Part shown: positions 11,637 through 21,672 of the stretch, in pieces
How positions within the stretch are numbered: position 1 is the stretch's first letter
Layout of the letters: every line of letters begins with the position of its first letter
NCBI GenBank assembly: GCA_963668445.1
Contig: OY764335.1
Span: 918,346 to 982,345, forward strand
DNA: 64,000 bases
Direction of reading: 5' to 3'
Source: an uncultured candidatus Porisulfidus sp.
GTDB lineage: Bacteria > Pseudomonadota > Gammaproteobacteria > Poriferisulfidales > Poriferisulfidaceae
The notes under the pieces: generated by a model
Told to the model about the DNA's origin: nothing
Seen by the model: the letters and a program-made list of their open reading frames with translations, nothing else
Database searches by the model: none
Program-made: the position numbers and the translations under genes

Positions 11637-12335
11637 ATGATCCATGCGCTGGTTGCTGGCGGCGGGGATGGCGAACGCTTCGGCGGTCCCAAGTGGCGCG
11701 TGCCGCTGGCCGGGCGGCGCGTGTTGGACTACGCCTTGCGGCCGCTGGCTATGTGCCATCCGGAAATCCAGAGCATCACGCTGCTGCTGCCGGAACGGGA
11801 ACTTGGAAACGAGCCGCCGCCTTGGCTGGCGGGCATGGATTTTCAGGAACTGGCTGGCGGGCCGAGCCGGGCGGAGTCGGTGATGCGCGGTCTGGAAGCC
11901 TTGCGCGGGCAGACCGATGCGGCGGCGTGGGTTCTGGTCCATGATGTGGCGCGCCCTTGCGTCTGGCAGGCCGACATGGCGCGGCTGCTGCGCGCCCGCA
12001 ACGCGGGCGGCGGTTTGCTGGCCGTCCCAGTGACGGACAGCGTGAAATGCGGCGAGGGCGGGAGCGTGGCCCGTAGCATCGACCGCCGCGGCTTGTGGCG
12101 GGCACAGACCCCGCAGCTGTTCCGGCTGGCGGATTTGCATCAGGCCATGCTGCAAGCCCTGCAGGACAAGATCGAGGTGACGGACGAATCGAGCGCGATG
12201 GAACACTGCGGGCATCGGCCACAACTTGTGCAAGGCAGCGAAGATAATATTAAACTGACTTGGCCGGAGGACTTGCCTCGGGCCGAACGAATTCTTCAGG
12301 ATGACCCGGATCATGCGTATTGGACACGGCTATGA
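11637..12335 (+). CDS. ispD: 2-C-methyl-D-erythritol 4-phosphate cytidylyltransferase IspD
   Basis: Start MIHALVAGGGDGERFGG matches the IspD N-terminal glycine-rich motif; the ORF-track start at 11601 was rejected. Confidence 0.85.
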   Translation: MIHALVAGGGDGERFGGPKWRVPLAGRRVLDYALRPLAMCHPEIQSITLLLPERELGNEPPPWLAGMDFQELAGGPSRAESVMRGLEALRGQTDAAAWVLVHDVARPCVWQADMARLLRARNAGGGLLAVPVTDSVKCGEGGSVARSIDRRGLWRAQTPQLFRLADLHQAMLQALQDKIEVTDESSAMEHCGHRPQLVQGSEDNIKLTWPEDLPRAERILQDDPDHAYWTRL

Positions 12336-12789
12336 CGTTCATGCGTTCACCGCCGGCGACGGCGTGTGGCTCGGCGGCGTGCGCATCGGGCATACGCACG
12401 GTGTGGCCGCACATTCCGATGGCGATGTGGTGCTGCATGCTCTGATTGATGCCTTGCTGGGTGCGGCCGGGCTTGGCGACATTGGCGGCTGGTTCCCGGA
12501 TAGCGACGCCCGCTACCGCGACGCCGCCAGCGCGGACATGCTGCAGGAAGTGCTCGAAAAACTGCAGGCGCAAGATTTGGCGGTCTGTAACGTGGATGTC
12601 ACCCTGATTGCCCAAGCACCCAAACTCGCTCCGCATCGTGCCGCCATTCTGCAGCGGTTGGCGGAATTGCTGGGCCTGGATGCCAGCCGGATCAATGTCA
12701 AGGCCACCACTCATGAAGGGCTCGGCGCCTTGGGACGCGGCGAGGGCATAGCCGCGCATGCCGTCGTTCTGTTGGAGGAACCCGACTAG
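12313..12789 (+). CDS. ispF: 2-C-methyl-D-erythritol 2,4-cyclodiphosphate synthase IspF
   Basis: MRIGHGYDVHAF...HSDGDV signature; overlaps ispD by 23 nt. Confidence 0.9.
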   Translation: MRIGHGYDVHAFTAGDGVWLGGVRIGHTHGVAAHSDGDVVLHALIDALLGAAGLGDIGGWFPDSDARYRDAASADMLQEVLEKLQAQDLAVCNVDVTLIAQAPKLAPHRAAILQRLAELLGLDASRINVKATTHEGLGALGRGEGIAAHAVVLLEEPD

Positions 12790-12791
12790 CC

Positions 12792-14753
12792 GTGCCGGCC
12801 TCGGAATTCGATGCCGCGGCCTGCTTCGGTCCGGAGGGCCGCTTGGCCGAACAGGTCGCGGACTACCATCCTCGGCAGGAGCAGCGCGCAATGGCGGAGG
12901 CCGTTTGGGAGGCTCTGGAGCAGGAGCATACGCTGGCGGTTGAAGCGGGCACTGGCGTCGGAAAGACGCTGGCCTACCTGATGCCTGTGCTTGCCTCCGG
13001 GCGTAAGACTCTGATCGCCACTGCCACGCGTCATCTCCAGGACCAGCTGTTCCAGAAAGACCTGCCGGATGCGTGCGCGGCCAGCGGGCAGGAAGTTCAG
13101 GCGTGCGTCCTCAAAGGCCGAGCCAACTACCTGTGCTTGCATCGCTATCGGACGTACGCCCGCGACGATTTCTTCGGCAAATCCGGGCATGCCCAAGCCT
13201 TGCATGCTTGGACCGGGCATACCGAGACCGGCGATCTGGCCGAATTGGATTTCCCCGAAAACGATGCCTTGGTGCCGGCCATCACCTCGACGGCCGAGAA
13301 TTGCTTGGGCAAGGATTGCGGCGATCTTAAGGAATGCTTTGTGATGCGGGCGCGCGAACGGGCGCGCAGCGCCGTCATTGTCGTCGCCAACCACCACCTG
13401 TTCGCAGCCGACTTGGTGATGCGCGAAGACTCGCTCGGCGAATGCCTGCCAACCTTTGAGGCGCTGGTGTTCGACGAAGCGCATAAGTTGCGGCAAGCGC
13501 TGGAACAAAGCTGGAGCCGTCGGATCAGCACGGCGAAGGTTGCGCAATTCTGCAACGATGTGGAGAAGTTCGCCAAGTCGGAAGCGAAGGTGGACACTCG
13601 CGTGCTTGCCGTGCATGTGCGCAGCGTGCGCCAAGCGCTCAAGCAGGTGATCGAGCGGGTTTATGCAGAACTTGCCGAAGATCGGAAGGCGCGCATCCGG
13701 CGCATTCCCCCGCCTGCATCGTTCAAGGCATGGATCAAGCCATTGCTGGAGGCCTTGGCGGATTTGCAGGGCGATTTCAAGGCGTTTGAAGACGAGGATG
13801 CCGTGCTGGAGAATCTGGACGCGCAATGCGGCCGCTTGCTCGAAGCGCTGGGCGATTGGCCGAAAGACGAGCCTGGCTGGTGCGAGTACCTGTGCTTTGC
13901 GGAACAGTCCGCACGCAAACGGTTCCTAAGCCGAGGGTTCAGTTTGCATCAGACGCCGCTGGACATCAGCGGAGCCTTCGCGGAGGCACGGGCGCGCTAC
14001 CCGGCGCGCTGGGTCTATACGTCCGCCACCCTGTCCGTGGCCGGAAATTTCGACTTCTTCAAGCAGAAGCTGGGGCTTGCTCCGGATACGGCCGGGTTGC
14101 TGCTGCACAGTCCGTTCTTCTTCCAAGACCAGGCCGTGCTGTATCTGCCGCAAGGACTGCCGGAGCCGAACCGGCCGAGCTACACCGAATCGGTGCTGCA
14201 GTCCGTGCTGCCGCTGCTGGAGGCTTTGCAAGGCCGCACCCTGCTGCTGTTCACCAGCCTGCGGGCCATGCGGGAGGCTCGGGAATGGCTGGCTGCCAAG
14301 CAGTTGGACTGTGAACTGCTGATGCAAGGCGAGGCGCCGCGATGGCGGCTGCTGGAACGCTTCGCGAAGGATGGCGCACGCACAATTCTTTTGGGCTCGA
14401 TGGGTTTTTGGGAAGGAGTGGACATCCGCGGTTCGGCGCTGAGTTGCGTGGTGATCGACAAAATCCCGTTCGAAAACCATACCGATCTGCTGCATCAGGC
14501 GCGCCGCCGGGCGATTCGAGACAGCGGCGGCGACCCTTTTGCGCAATGGCAGCTGCCTCATGCGGCCTTGCTGCTGAAGCAGGGAGTCGGACGCTTGCTG
14601 CGCAGTGAGACGGACCAAGGCATTGCGGTCATCGCGGACCCGCGCATGGTCACCAAAGGCTACGGGGAAGTTCTCCTCGAAAGCCTGCCGGATTTGGCGG
14701 TCCGAAAAGATCCGGCTCAGGTTTTGCGTTTCGCACAGGAGATGGAGGCATGA
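12792..14753 (+). CDS. DinG/YoaA-family (Rad3-related) ATP-dependent DNA helicase
   Basis: Walker A VEAGTGVGKTLAYL, DEAH box (VFDEAHKL), 653 aa. Confidence 0.8.
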   Translation: MPASEFDAAACFGPEGRLAEQVADYHPRQEQRAMAEAVWEALEQEHTLAVEAGTGVGKTLAYLMPVLASGRKTLIATATRHLQDQLFQKDLPDACAASGQEVQACVLKGRANYLCLHRYRTYARDDFFGKSGHAQALHAWTGHTETGDLAELDFPENDALVPAITSTAENCLGKDCGDLKECFVMRARERARSAVIVVANHHLFAADLVMREDSLGECLPTFEALVFDEAHKLRQALEQSWSRRISTAKVAQFCNDVEKFAKSEAKVDTRVLAVHVRSVRQALKQVIERVYAELAEDRKARIRRIPPPASFKAWIKPLLEALADLQGDFKAFEDEDAVLENLDAQCGRLLEALGDWPKDEPGWCEYLCFAEQSARKRFLSRGFSLHQTPLDISGAFAEARARYPARWVYTSATLSVAGNFDFFKQKLGLAPDTAGLLLHSPFFFQDQAVLYLPQGLPEPNRPSYTESVLQSVLPLLEALQGRTLLLFTSLRAMREAREWLAAKQLDCELLMQGEAPRWRLLERFAKDGARTILLGSMGFWEGVDIRGSALSCVVIDKIPFENHTDLLHQARRRAIRDSGGDPFAQWQLPHAALLLKQGVGRLLRSETDQGIAVIADPRMVTKGYGEVLLESLPDLAVRKDPAQVLRFAQEMEA

Positions 14754-15433
14754 GCAGGCCGGCGGTCGTGTTGGCTTTGGAGACATCTTCCGAAGTGTGT
14801 TCGGCGGCCTTGGCCGTAGGCGACGCAAGGCATCTGCGGCGTCGGGTTGCGCCACGCGAGCATACGCGCTATGTTTTGGGGCAAATCGACGAGTTGTTCC
14901 AAGAGGTAGGCCGTACCGCGCAGGATTTGAATGCGGTCGCGTTCGGTCAAGGGCCGGGCAGTTTCACGGGCGTACGGATTGCGACGGCGTTGGCCCAAGG
15001 CCTGGCGGTCGCCCATGCCGTGCCACTGCTTCCGGTGTCTTCGCTGGCCGCTATGGCTTGGGCGGCTTGGACGGAAGCTTCGCACTCGCAAGTCCTAGTC
15101 GTTACGGATGCGCGCCTGAGCCAAGTGTACTGGGGCTTCTACCAGGCCGGCGCGGATGGCTTGGCAACGCTGCAGCCCGAAGCCTTGGCATCGCCGGAGG
15201 ATTTGCAGGCAAAGCTGAAATACTTGCCGGAAGGCTGGCAGGGCGTGGGTTCAGGATGGAGTTTGCCGGCCATGCAGCCGATGTGCGAGATGAGCGTCGC
15301 CGTGCCGGACTCGGAGATGCGCCCTGAAGCGGCGGCGGTCTTGGATTTGGCGTTGCGCGATATGCGGCACGGCAAATTCGCGGATTACGATGAAGCGCAG
15401 CCAATCTATTTGAGGCATCCGGTTCGGACATGA
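14750..15433 (+). CDS. tsaB: tRNA threonylcarbamoyladenosine biosynthesis protein TsaB (YeaZ)
   Basis: ALETSSEVCSAAL and GPGSFTGVRIA motifs. Confidence 0.8.
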   Translation: MSRPAVVLALETSSEVCSAALAVGDARHLRRRVAPREHTRYVLGQIDELFQEVGRTAQDLNAVAFGQGPGSFTGVRIATALAQGLAVAHAVPLLPVSSLAAMAWAAWTEASHSQVLVVTDARLSQVYWGFYQAGADGLATLQPEALASPEDLQAKLKYLPEGWQGVGSGWSLPAMQPMCEMSVAVPDSEMRPEAAAVLDLALRDMRHGKFADYDEAQPIYLRHPVRT

Positions 15434-15876
15434 GCCATCAGTTGCCGCGCTTTCACCTGGCCTTTGCCGTGGACGACCTGTCGGCGGCCGAAGCCTTCTA
15501 TGCGGGTGTGCTGCAATGCCGCATCGGACGTGCCGACGAACGCTGGATCGATTTCGACTTCATGGGCCACCAGATTACCGCGCACTGCATGGCTGCCAAG
15601 CAACAGGAAGGGCATAGCCCTGTTGATGGCGAATCCATTCCTGTGCCGCATTTCGGCATCATTCTGGAATGGGAGCAGTGGAAAGCCATGATGGAACGCT
15701 TGCGCGAATGCAGCGTTCCGTTCGAACGGGAGCCCGCGGTTCGCTTCAAGGGAGAAATCGGCGAACAGGGCACGGCCTTCGTGCGCGACCCGGCCGGCAA
15801 TGTTCTGGAGTTCAAGTCGTTTCGCGACCCGAATCAGGTTTTCGCTTGCCATGCAGAAGAACAAGAACCTAGATAG
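15430..15876 (+). CDS. VOC-family (glyoxalase/bleomycin resistance/dioxygenase fold) protein
   Basis: 148 aa; FHLAFAVDDL start typical of the VOC fold; function not inferable. Confidence 0.55.
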   Translation: MSHQLPRFHLAFAVDDLSAAEAFYAGVLQCRIGRADERWIDFDFMGHQITAHCMAAKQQEGHSPVDGESIPVPHFGIILEWEQWKAMMERLRECSVPFEREPAVRFKGEIGEQGTAFVRDPAGNVLEFKSFRDPNQVFACHAEEQEPR

Positions 15877-16118
15877 AATAATAGGTATTCTATATAATAG
15901 ATTATTAAATATGATATTTTTTTAAAACTATGTCAATCATGCTTGTACTCCATTCCCTGCGAATCCCGAGTTTTCCATATACAATGCATTAGGATTCAAT
16001 GTTGCGGAAAGCCTCCTTGAATGAACTCTGGATCAATGCTTGACGGCGCTATTAGCGACCATCCGGCCATCCGCACGGATGCGTCCATGCTTGACGGCTT
16101 TAGGCTTTAAATTCAGAC
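15877..16118. promoter_or_regulatory. AT-rich (about 35% GC) intergenic region upstream of mutL with a 12-bp direct repeat containing TTGACG (-35-like) and small palindromes
   Basis: Sharp compositional drop against roughly 62% GC flanks; atgcttgacggc occurs at 16036-16047 and 16087-16098; palindrome AGAATAataggTATTCT at about 15880-15896. Confidence 0.4.
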
Positions 16119-17852
16119 ATGCCGATACGCAAGCTTGATACCAGCCTGATTAATCAGATCACCGCCGGGGAAGTTATCGAACGCCCGGCTTCCGTTGTGA
16201 AGGAATTGATTGAGAACAGCTTGGATGCCGGTGCCAAAACAATCCGGATTCAAATCGAAGAGGGAGGCAAGCGGCGCATTTCCATCGCCGACGACGGCTG
16301 CGGCATCGCCCAGGACGAGTTGAGCTTGGCCTTGGCGCGGCATGCGACTTCCAAGCTGGACTGCGCCGAAGACTTATGGCGCATTCAGACATTGGGCTTT
16401 CGCGGGGAGGCATTGCCCAGCATTGCCTCGGTATCGCGCTTGACGCTAACCTCGGCAACCGGAGGAGACGAGCACGGCTGGCGCGTGGAGGGGGGCGGCG
16501 CACAGATGCCAAAGCCCTGCCCGCATCCTCGCGGATGCACGGTGGAGGTGCGCGATTTGTTCTTCAACACGCCGGCGCGACGGAAGTTCCTGCGCGCCGA
16601 CTCGACTGAATGGAAGCACATTGCGACGGCATTGCGCCGTCTGGCTCTCGGCCATTTGGCGGTGACGTTCGAAGCCGTCCATGGTGGCCGCCGGCAATTG
16701 CAGTATCCAAGCGTCGGCAAAGGCACGGGGGAAGCGGCGCGGCTGGAGGCGATTCTCGGCGACGAGTTCGCCGAGCAGTCGGTGTTCTTCGAAGACACGG
16801 CCGACGGCTTGCGCATCTGCGGCTGGATTGGGCTGCCGACGTATTCGCGCAGCCAGCCCGACCAGCAGTTCTTGTATGTCAATGGCCGCTATGTGCGCGA
16901 CAAGACCGTGGCGCACGCCGTGCGCCGAGCTTATGAAGATGTGCTGTACGGGCAGCGCTATCCGTGCTACGTCATCTATCTGGAAATGCCCGCCGGCGCA
17001 GTGGACGTCAATGTCCATCCCAATAAATTGGAAGTGCGCTTCCGCGAATCCCGGCAGGTGCATCATTTCGTGTCGCAAAGCATTGCTCAGGCCATTGGCA
17101 CGGTGCGTCCGGGCGACGCCGGGCATGCCGCCGCGAGCTTCAGAACCCTAGTGAATGAAAATCCGCAGGCGCAGCAGCCTGCAATGCCGTTGCATATGAT
17201 CCGTTCGCCGGATGCGCCTGCAGCGCCGCTGCGGGCCGACATCGGTTCGCGTAAGATTCCGGCCGAAGTGCCGCCGCTCGGGTTTGCCCGTGCGCAGTTG
17301 CACGGCATCTATGTACTGGCCGAGAACGAACAGGGTCTGATTCTGGTCGACATGCATGCCGCGCATGAGCGGATTGCCTACGAGCGGCTCAAGGCTTCGC
17401 GGGACGGGGAAGGCGTGCGGATGCAGCCGCTCCTGGTGCCGCAGATCTTGAATCTGAGCGAAGCCGAGGTGGCCTGCGCGGAAGAGCATCAGGAGGCGCT
17501 GGCAAGCTTCGGCATCGAAGTGGCTGCGGCGGGTCCGACGCAATTGCAGGTTCGCGCCGTGCCTTCGCTGCTGGCGCGCGCCGATCCGGTCGCGCTGGTG
17601 CGCGATGTCGTGTCGGATCTTATGGAGCACGGGCAGAGCCGACGCATCGAAGAACGGGAGAACGAACTGCTGTCCTCCATGGCGTGCCATGGCGCGGTGC
17701 GGGCCGGGCGGCAGCTGACGATGGAAGAAATGAATGCGCTGCTGCGCGACATGGAAGAGACGGAGCGCTCCGGGCAATGCAATCATGGCCGTCCGACTTG
17801 GGTGCAGATCAGCATCGACCAGTTGGACAAGCTGTTCATGCGCGGGCAGTGA
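16119..17852 (+). CDS. mutL: DNA mismatch repair protein MutL
   Basis: GHKL ATPase motifs (ELIENSLDAGA, DDGCGI) and the C-terminal dimerisation domain. Confidence 0.95.
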   Translation: MPIRKLDTSLINQITAGEVIERPASVVKELIENSLDAGAKTIRIQIEEGGKRRISIADDGCGIAQDELSLALARHATSKLDCAEDLWRIQTLGFRGEALPSIASVSRLTLTSATGGDEHGWRVEGGGAQMPKPCPHPRGCTVEVRDLFFNTPARRKFLRADSTEWKHIATALRRLALGHLAVTFEAVHGGRRQLQYPSVGKGTGEAARLEAILGDEFAEQSVFFEDTADGLRICGWIGLPTYSRSQPDQQFLYVNGRYVRDKTVAHAVRRAYEDVLYGQRYPCYVIYLEMPAGAVDVNVHPNKLEVRFRESRQVHHFVSQSIAQAIGTVRPGDAGHAAASFRTLVNENPQAQQPAMPLHMIRSPDAPAAPLRADIGSRKIPAEVPPLGFARAQLHGIYVLAENEQGLILVDMHAAHERIAYERLKASRDGEGVRMQPLLVPQILNLSEAEVACAEEHQEALASFGIEVAAAGPTQLQVRAVPSLLARADPVALVRDVVSDLMEHGQSRRIEERENELLSSMACHGAVRAGRQLTMEEMNALLRDMEETERSGQCNHGRPTWVQISIDQLDKLFMRGQ

Positions 17853-17857
17853 GCGGC

Positions 17858-18796
17858 GTGCGCATCCGGGCGCTGGCCCTGATGGGGCCTACGGCCATGG
17901 GCAAAACGGAATGCGCGGTGGAACTCGTGCGGCGCGGGCCGTTCGAGATCATTAGCGTGGATTCGGCAATGATCTACCGCGGCATGGACATTGGCAGCGC
18001 CACGCCGAAGCCGGAGATTCTGGCAACGGCGCCGCACCGCATGATCAACATTCTGGATCCGGCCGAGACGTATTCCGCTTATGACTTCGCCCGAGAGGCG
18101 CGTGCTCATATTCGGCAGATCCATGCTGCCGGCCGCTTGCCGCTTCTGGTCGGCGGGGCGCGCCTGTATTTTTTGGCGCTGATGCGGGGCCTGTCTCCGA
18201 TGCCGAATGCCGATCCGGAAATCCGCCGCCGACTGCGGCGGGAATGCCGGGACTTGGGCGTACGGGCCTTGTACGAGCGTCTGTGCCGCTGCGACCCGGC
18301 TATGGCCCGCCGGCTTGCGCCCGCCGACACGCAGCGCATCCTGCGCGCCTTGGAAGTGTTCGAGTCGACCCGGCGCCCGATGAGTGCGTGGCTGGATGCA
18401 GCACCGGCCCGGAGCTCCGGCGACATTGCCTACCATCAGCTGGCCCTGTGGCCTGAAGATCGCGCCCGCCTGCATCGCCGGATCCATGCGCGCTTCGGCC
18501 GCATGCTGGATGAGGGCCTGATCGAGGAGACGCGGGCTTTGCACGAACGCGGCGATCTGACGATGGAGTGCCAGGCCATGCGATGCGTCGGCTATCGGCA
18601 GGCGTGGCGCTTTCTGGACGGGGCCTGTAGCCGCGACGAAATGCGGGAGCAGGCGATGGCCGCCACGCGGCAACTGGCGAAGCGGCAACTGACGTGGCTG
18701 CGGCATGCGCCCGACGTGATACACTGCCGCATGGAGCGGCCGGAGCCTGCCAAAGTTCTGGCAGCTGTGGAACGATTGCGGCTGGAGCCAGTCTAA
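17858..18796 (+). CDS. miaA: tRNA dimethylallyltransferase MiaA
   Basis: P-loop GPTAMGKT; probable GTG start 6 nt after the mutL stop; the ORF-track start at 17684 overlaps mutL and was rejected. Confidence 0.9.
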   Translation: MRIRALALMGPTAMGKTECAVELVRRGPFEIISVDSAMIYRGMDIGSATPKPEILATAPHRMINILDPAETYSAYDFAREARAHIRQIHAAGRLPLLVGGARLYFLALMRGLSPMPNADPEIRRRLRRECRDLGVRALYERLCRCDPAMARRLAPADTQRILRALEVFESTRRPMSAWLDAAPARSSGDIAYHQLALWPEDRARLHRRIHARFGRMLDEGLIEETRALHERGDLTMECQAMRCVGYRQAWRFLDGACSRDEMREQAMAATRQLAKRQLTWLRHAPDVIHCRMERPEPAKVLAAVERLRLEPV

Positions 18797-18850
18797 ATCT
18801 AATGGCGGCAACGACAATAATAAAAACCATCGCCACTGCGGGAGGCCTGC

Positions 18851-19093
18851 ATGACTAAGGGGCACTCGATCCAAGAGCCATTCCTGAACCAACTGCGCAA
18901 GCAGCATATCCCCGTCTGCATTTTCCTCATCAATGGCATCAAGCTTCAAGGGCAGGTGGATTCCTACGACCAATTCGTCGTCATCCTGAGAAGTTCCGTC
19001 AATCAGATGATCTACAAGCACGCGATTTCGACCATTGTGCCGGCCAGCATGGTGGAATTGCGCGACGACCCGGATGCGGCTTTTAACGACTAG
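18851..19093 (+). CDS. hfq: RNA chaperone Hfq
   Basis: 80 aa; Sm1/Sm2 motifs ([21 protein letters not shown]). Confidence 0.95.
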   Translation: MTKGHSIQEPFLNQLRKQHIPVCIFLINGIKLQGQVDSYDQFVVILRSSVNQMIYKHAISTIVPASMVELRDDPDAAFND

Positions 19094-19101
19094 CTGGCGC
19101 C

Positions 19102-20415
19102 GTGCGGAGCTCCCGCTTGTTTGAGCGCCCCTCTGCTGATTCGGCCTGCGTGCTGGCGCATGTGGCTTTGGTATCCGAGAACCGGACGGCCGCGGCGGAA
19201 CAGGAAGAATTCGTCGGATTGGCGCATAGCGCCGGGCTTCGGGCATGCGCGCAACTGGAGTTTCGACGGCGCACGCCGCATCCAAGCTTCTACGTCGGAC
19301 GGGGACAGGCCGAACTGGTGCGGCAATGCTGCGCTGAGCATGGCGTGCAGCTGCTGGCCATCAATGCCGATCTGAGCCCTAGCCAGGAGCGCAATCTGGA
19401 AGCGGCATTGCAGTGCCGGGTCCTAGGCCGCACCGGCCTGATTCTGGATATCTTCGCCCAGCGGGCCCGGTCGCATGAGGGGAAGCTGCAAGTGGAGCTG
19501 GCGCAGCTCAGCTATCTGTCAACACGCCTAGTTCGCGGCTGGAGCCATTTGGAGCGCCAGAAGGGCGGCATCGGCCTGCGCGGCCCCGGCGAGACCCAAT
19601 TGGAGTTGGATCGCCGCCTGCTCATGCGGCGCATGCGGACCTTGCGCCGCCGGTTGGAGACAGTGGAGCGGCAACGCGCCCAGAGCCGCGCCCGCCGCCG
19701 CCGGGCTCGGTTGTTCCATGTCGCCTTGGTGGGCCATACCAATGCCGGCAAGTCCACGCTGTTCAACCGCCTAACCGGCAGCCGCACGCATGTCGCCGAC
19801 CAGTTGTTCGCCACTTTGGATCCCACGCATCGGCGCCTAAGCCTCGGCGATGCGCAGGAAGCCATCCTCTCCGATACGGTGGGCTTCATTCGCAACCTGC
19901 CGCTCGAACTGGTGCAGGCGTTCCATGCGACGCTGGAGGAAGTCCGCGAATGCGACCTGCTGCTCCATGTCATCGACCGGAGTGCCGAGCAATACGCGGA
20001 GCAGGCCGCATACGTACGCGACGTGCTGGAGCATATCGAAGCCTCGAAAGTGCCGGTCATCGAGGTATACAACAAAGCGGACTTGCTTGCGAACGGGGCA
20101 GAGGGCGACGGAGCCAACGGCTCCGTTCAACGCATAGCCCTGTCGGCCCGAACCGGCGCGGGCGTGCCGGAATTGCGCGAGCAGCTGCGCCGGCGCGTCC
20201 AGGGAGCGACGGCTTGCGTGTCCCTGTGCCTGCCGCCTTCGGCCTATCCGCTGCGGGCGGAACTGTACCGGCTCGGGACGATCGAAGAGGAACGGTTCAC
20301 TGCGCAAGGGGAATGCGAGATTCGGCTGCAACTGCCGCGCTCCTGCCTGGCGCGCTTTGAGAAGTTCCGGACGGCGGTTCAATGGAAGGCGCCGGAGCTG
20401 GAGGCGCATGCATGA
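19102..20415 (+). CDS. hflX: GTPase HflX
   Basis: HflX N-domain followed by G-domain GHTNAGKSTLFN; GTG start, exact start uncertain. Confidence 0.9.
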   Translation: MRSSRLFERPSADSACVLAHVALVSENRTAAAEQEEFVGLAHSAGLRACAQLEFRRRTPHPSFYVGRGQAELVRQCCAEHGVQLLAINADLSPSQERNLEAALQCRVLGRTGLILDIFAQRARSHEGKLQVELAQLSYLSTRLVRGWSHLERQKGGIGLRGPGETQLELDRRLLMRRMRTLRRRLETVERQRAQSRARRRRARLFHVALVGHTNAGKSTLFNRLTGSRTHVADQLFATLDPTHRRLSLGDAQEAILSDTVGFIRNLPLELVQAFHATLEEVRECDLLLHVIDRSAEQYAEQAAYVRDVLEHIEASKVPVIEVYNKADLLANGAEGDGANGSVQRIALSARTGAGVPELREQLRRRVQGATACVSLCLPPSAYPLRAELYRLGTIEEERFTAQGECEIRLQLPRSCLARFEKFRTAVQWKAPELEAHA

Positions 20416-20534
20416 CGGCTTGGGGCAGGAAGAACAGGTCCGGGCCGGATTCTCGGATGGCGCTTTTGTGCAGATTCGGGGATGGCCTTGGAATTTGTTA
20501 GAATAGGGCACCGACATCCCACGCAGGAATACTG

Positions 20535-21671
20535 ATGCCTTGGAGCAGCAACGGCGACGGCGGCAATCCGTGGCAGCGCAACACCCGGCAAGGCCCGCCG
20601 GAAATTGACGAACTTCTGAGCCGCATGTGGAACCGCTTTTTCGGGCGGCTGCAGGGCGGCGGCGGCGGCAAAAGTGGCAGCAAATGGTCGCTGGGCAGCG
20701 GCGTCATTGTTGCGGCGCTGGCAGTGCTGTGGCTGCTGTCCGGCTTCTACATCGTCGAGGCCAGCGAGCGCGGCGTGGTCCTGCGTTTCGGCAAGTACGA
20801 CCGCACCACCATGCCCGGCCCCGGCTGGCACATCCCGTACCCCATCGAGTCCGTGAGCGTCGTCAACGTCACGGGGAACCGCAGCGTAGAGAAGCGCACC
20901 ACCATGCTGACCCAGGACGAGAACATCGTCGAGTTGAAGTTCTCGGTGCAGTACCGCCTCAAGAATGCGGAGGACTACCTGTTCAACGTGGAAAACCCCG
21001 ACATCGCCTTCGACCGCAGCTGCCGCTTCAAGAGCACCATCTGCGGCGTGTTGGACAGCGCGATCCGCACCACGGTCGGGCGCAACAATATGGATTTCAT
21101 TCTGCGCGAAGGCCGCGCCGAAATCGCCAGCCGCACCATGGTCCTGATGCAGGAGATTCTGGATGCCTACGGCACCGGGATCGAAATCCTGACCATCAAC
21201 CTCGAAGACTCGCAGCCTCCCAATGCCGTGCAGGATGCCTTTCAGGATGCGACCAAGGCGCGCGAAGACATGGAACGCTACAAGAACGAGGCGCAAGCCT
21301 ACGCGAACGAGGTGGTGCCGCAGGCCCGCGGCGAAGCGGCCCGCATGATGGAAGACGCCAAAGCCTACCGGGCACGCGTGATCGCGAATGCCGAAGGCGA
21401 AGCGTCGCGCTTCACGCAACTACTGGCCGAATACCGGAAAGCTCCGGAAGTGACGCGCCAGCGCATGTATCTCCAGACCGTGGAGTCGGTGCTGTCCAAG
21501 AGTTCCAAAGTCGTGGTCGATGTCGAGAAGGGCAGCAACATGCTGTTCCTGCCTTTGGACCGAATCATGGAACAACGGGGAGGCTCGAGTGCCAAGCCGT
21601 CGTCGTCCATGCCCTCGAATGCGTCGGAGTCCCGCGGCTCCGGCGCGACGCGCTTGCGGGAGGGACGCTGA
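20535..21671 (+). CDS. hflK: FtsH protease modulator HflK (SPFH family)
   Basis: TM followed by an SPFH domain; conserved hflX-hflK-hflC order. Confidence 0.9.
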   Translation: MPWSSNGDGGNPWQRNTRQGPPEIDELLSRMWNRFFGRLQGGGGGKSGSKWSLGSGVIVAALAVLWLLSGFYIVEASERGVVLRFGKYDRTTMPGPGWHIPYPIESVSVVNVTGNRSVEKRTTMLTQDENIVELKFSVQYRLKNAEDYLFNVENPDIAFDRSCRFKSTICGVLDSAIRTTVGRNNMDFILREGRAEIASRTMVLMQEILDAYGTGIEILTINLEDSQPPNAVQDAFQDATKAREDMERYKNEAQAYANEVVPQARGEAARMMEDAKAYRARVIANAEGEASRFTQLLAEYRKAPEVTRQRMYLQTVESVLSKSSKVVVDVEKGSNMLFLPLDRIMEQRGGSSAKPSSSMPSNASESRGSGATRLREGR

Positions 21672-21672
21672 G

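Noticed and set aside
12786-13826. 346-aa minus-strand ORF antisense to the DinG-family helicase
   Set aside because: No homology features; overlaps a well-supported + strand gene.
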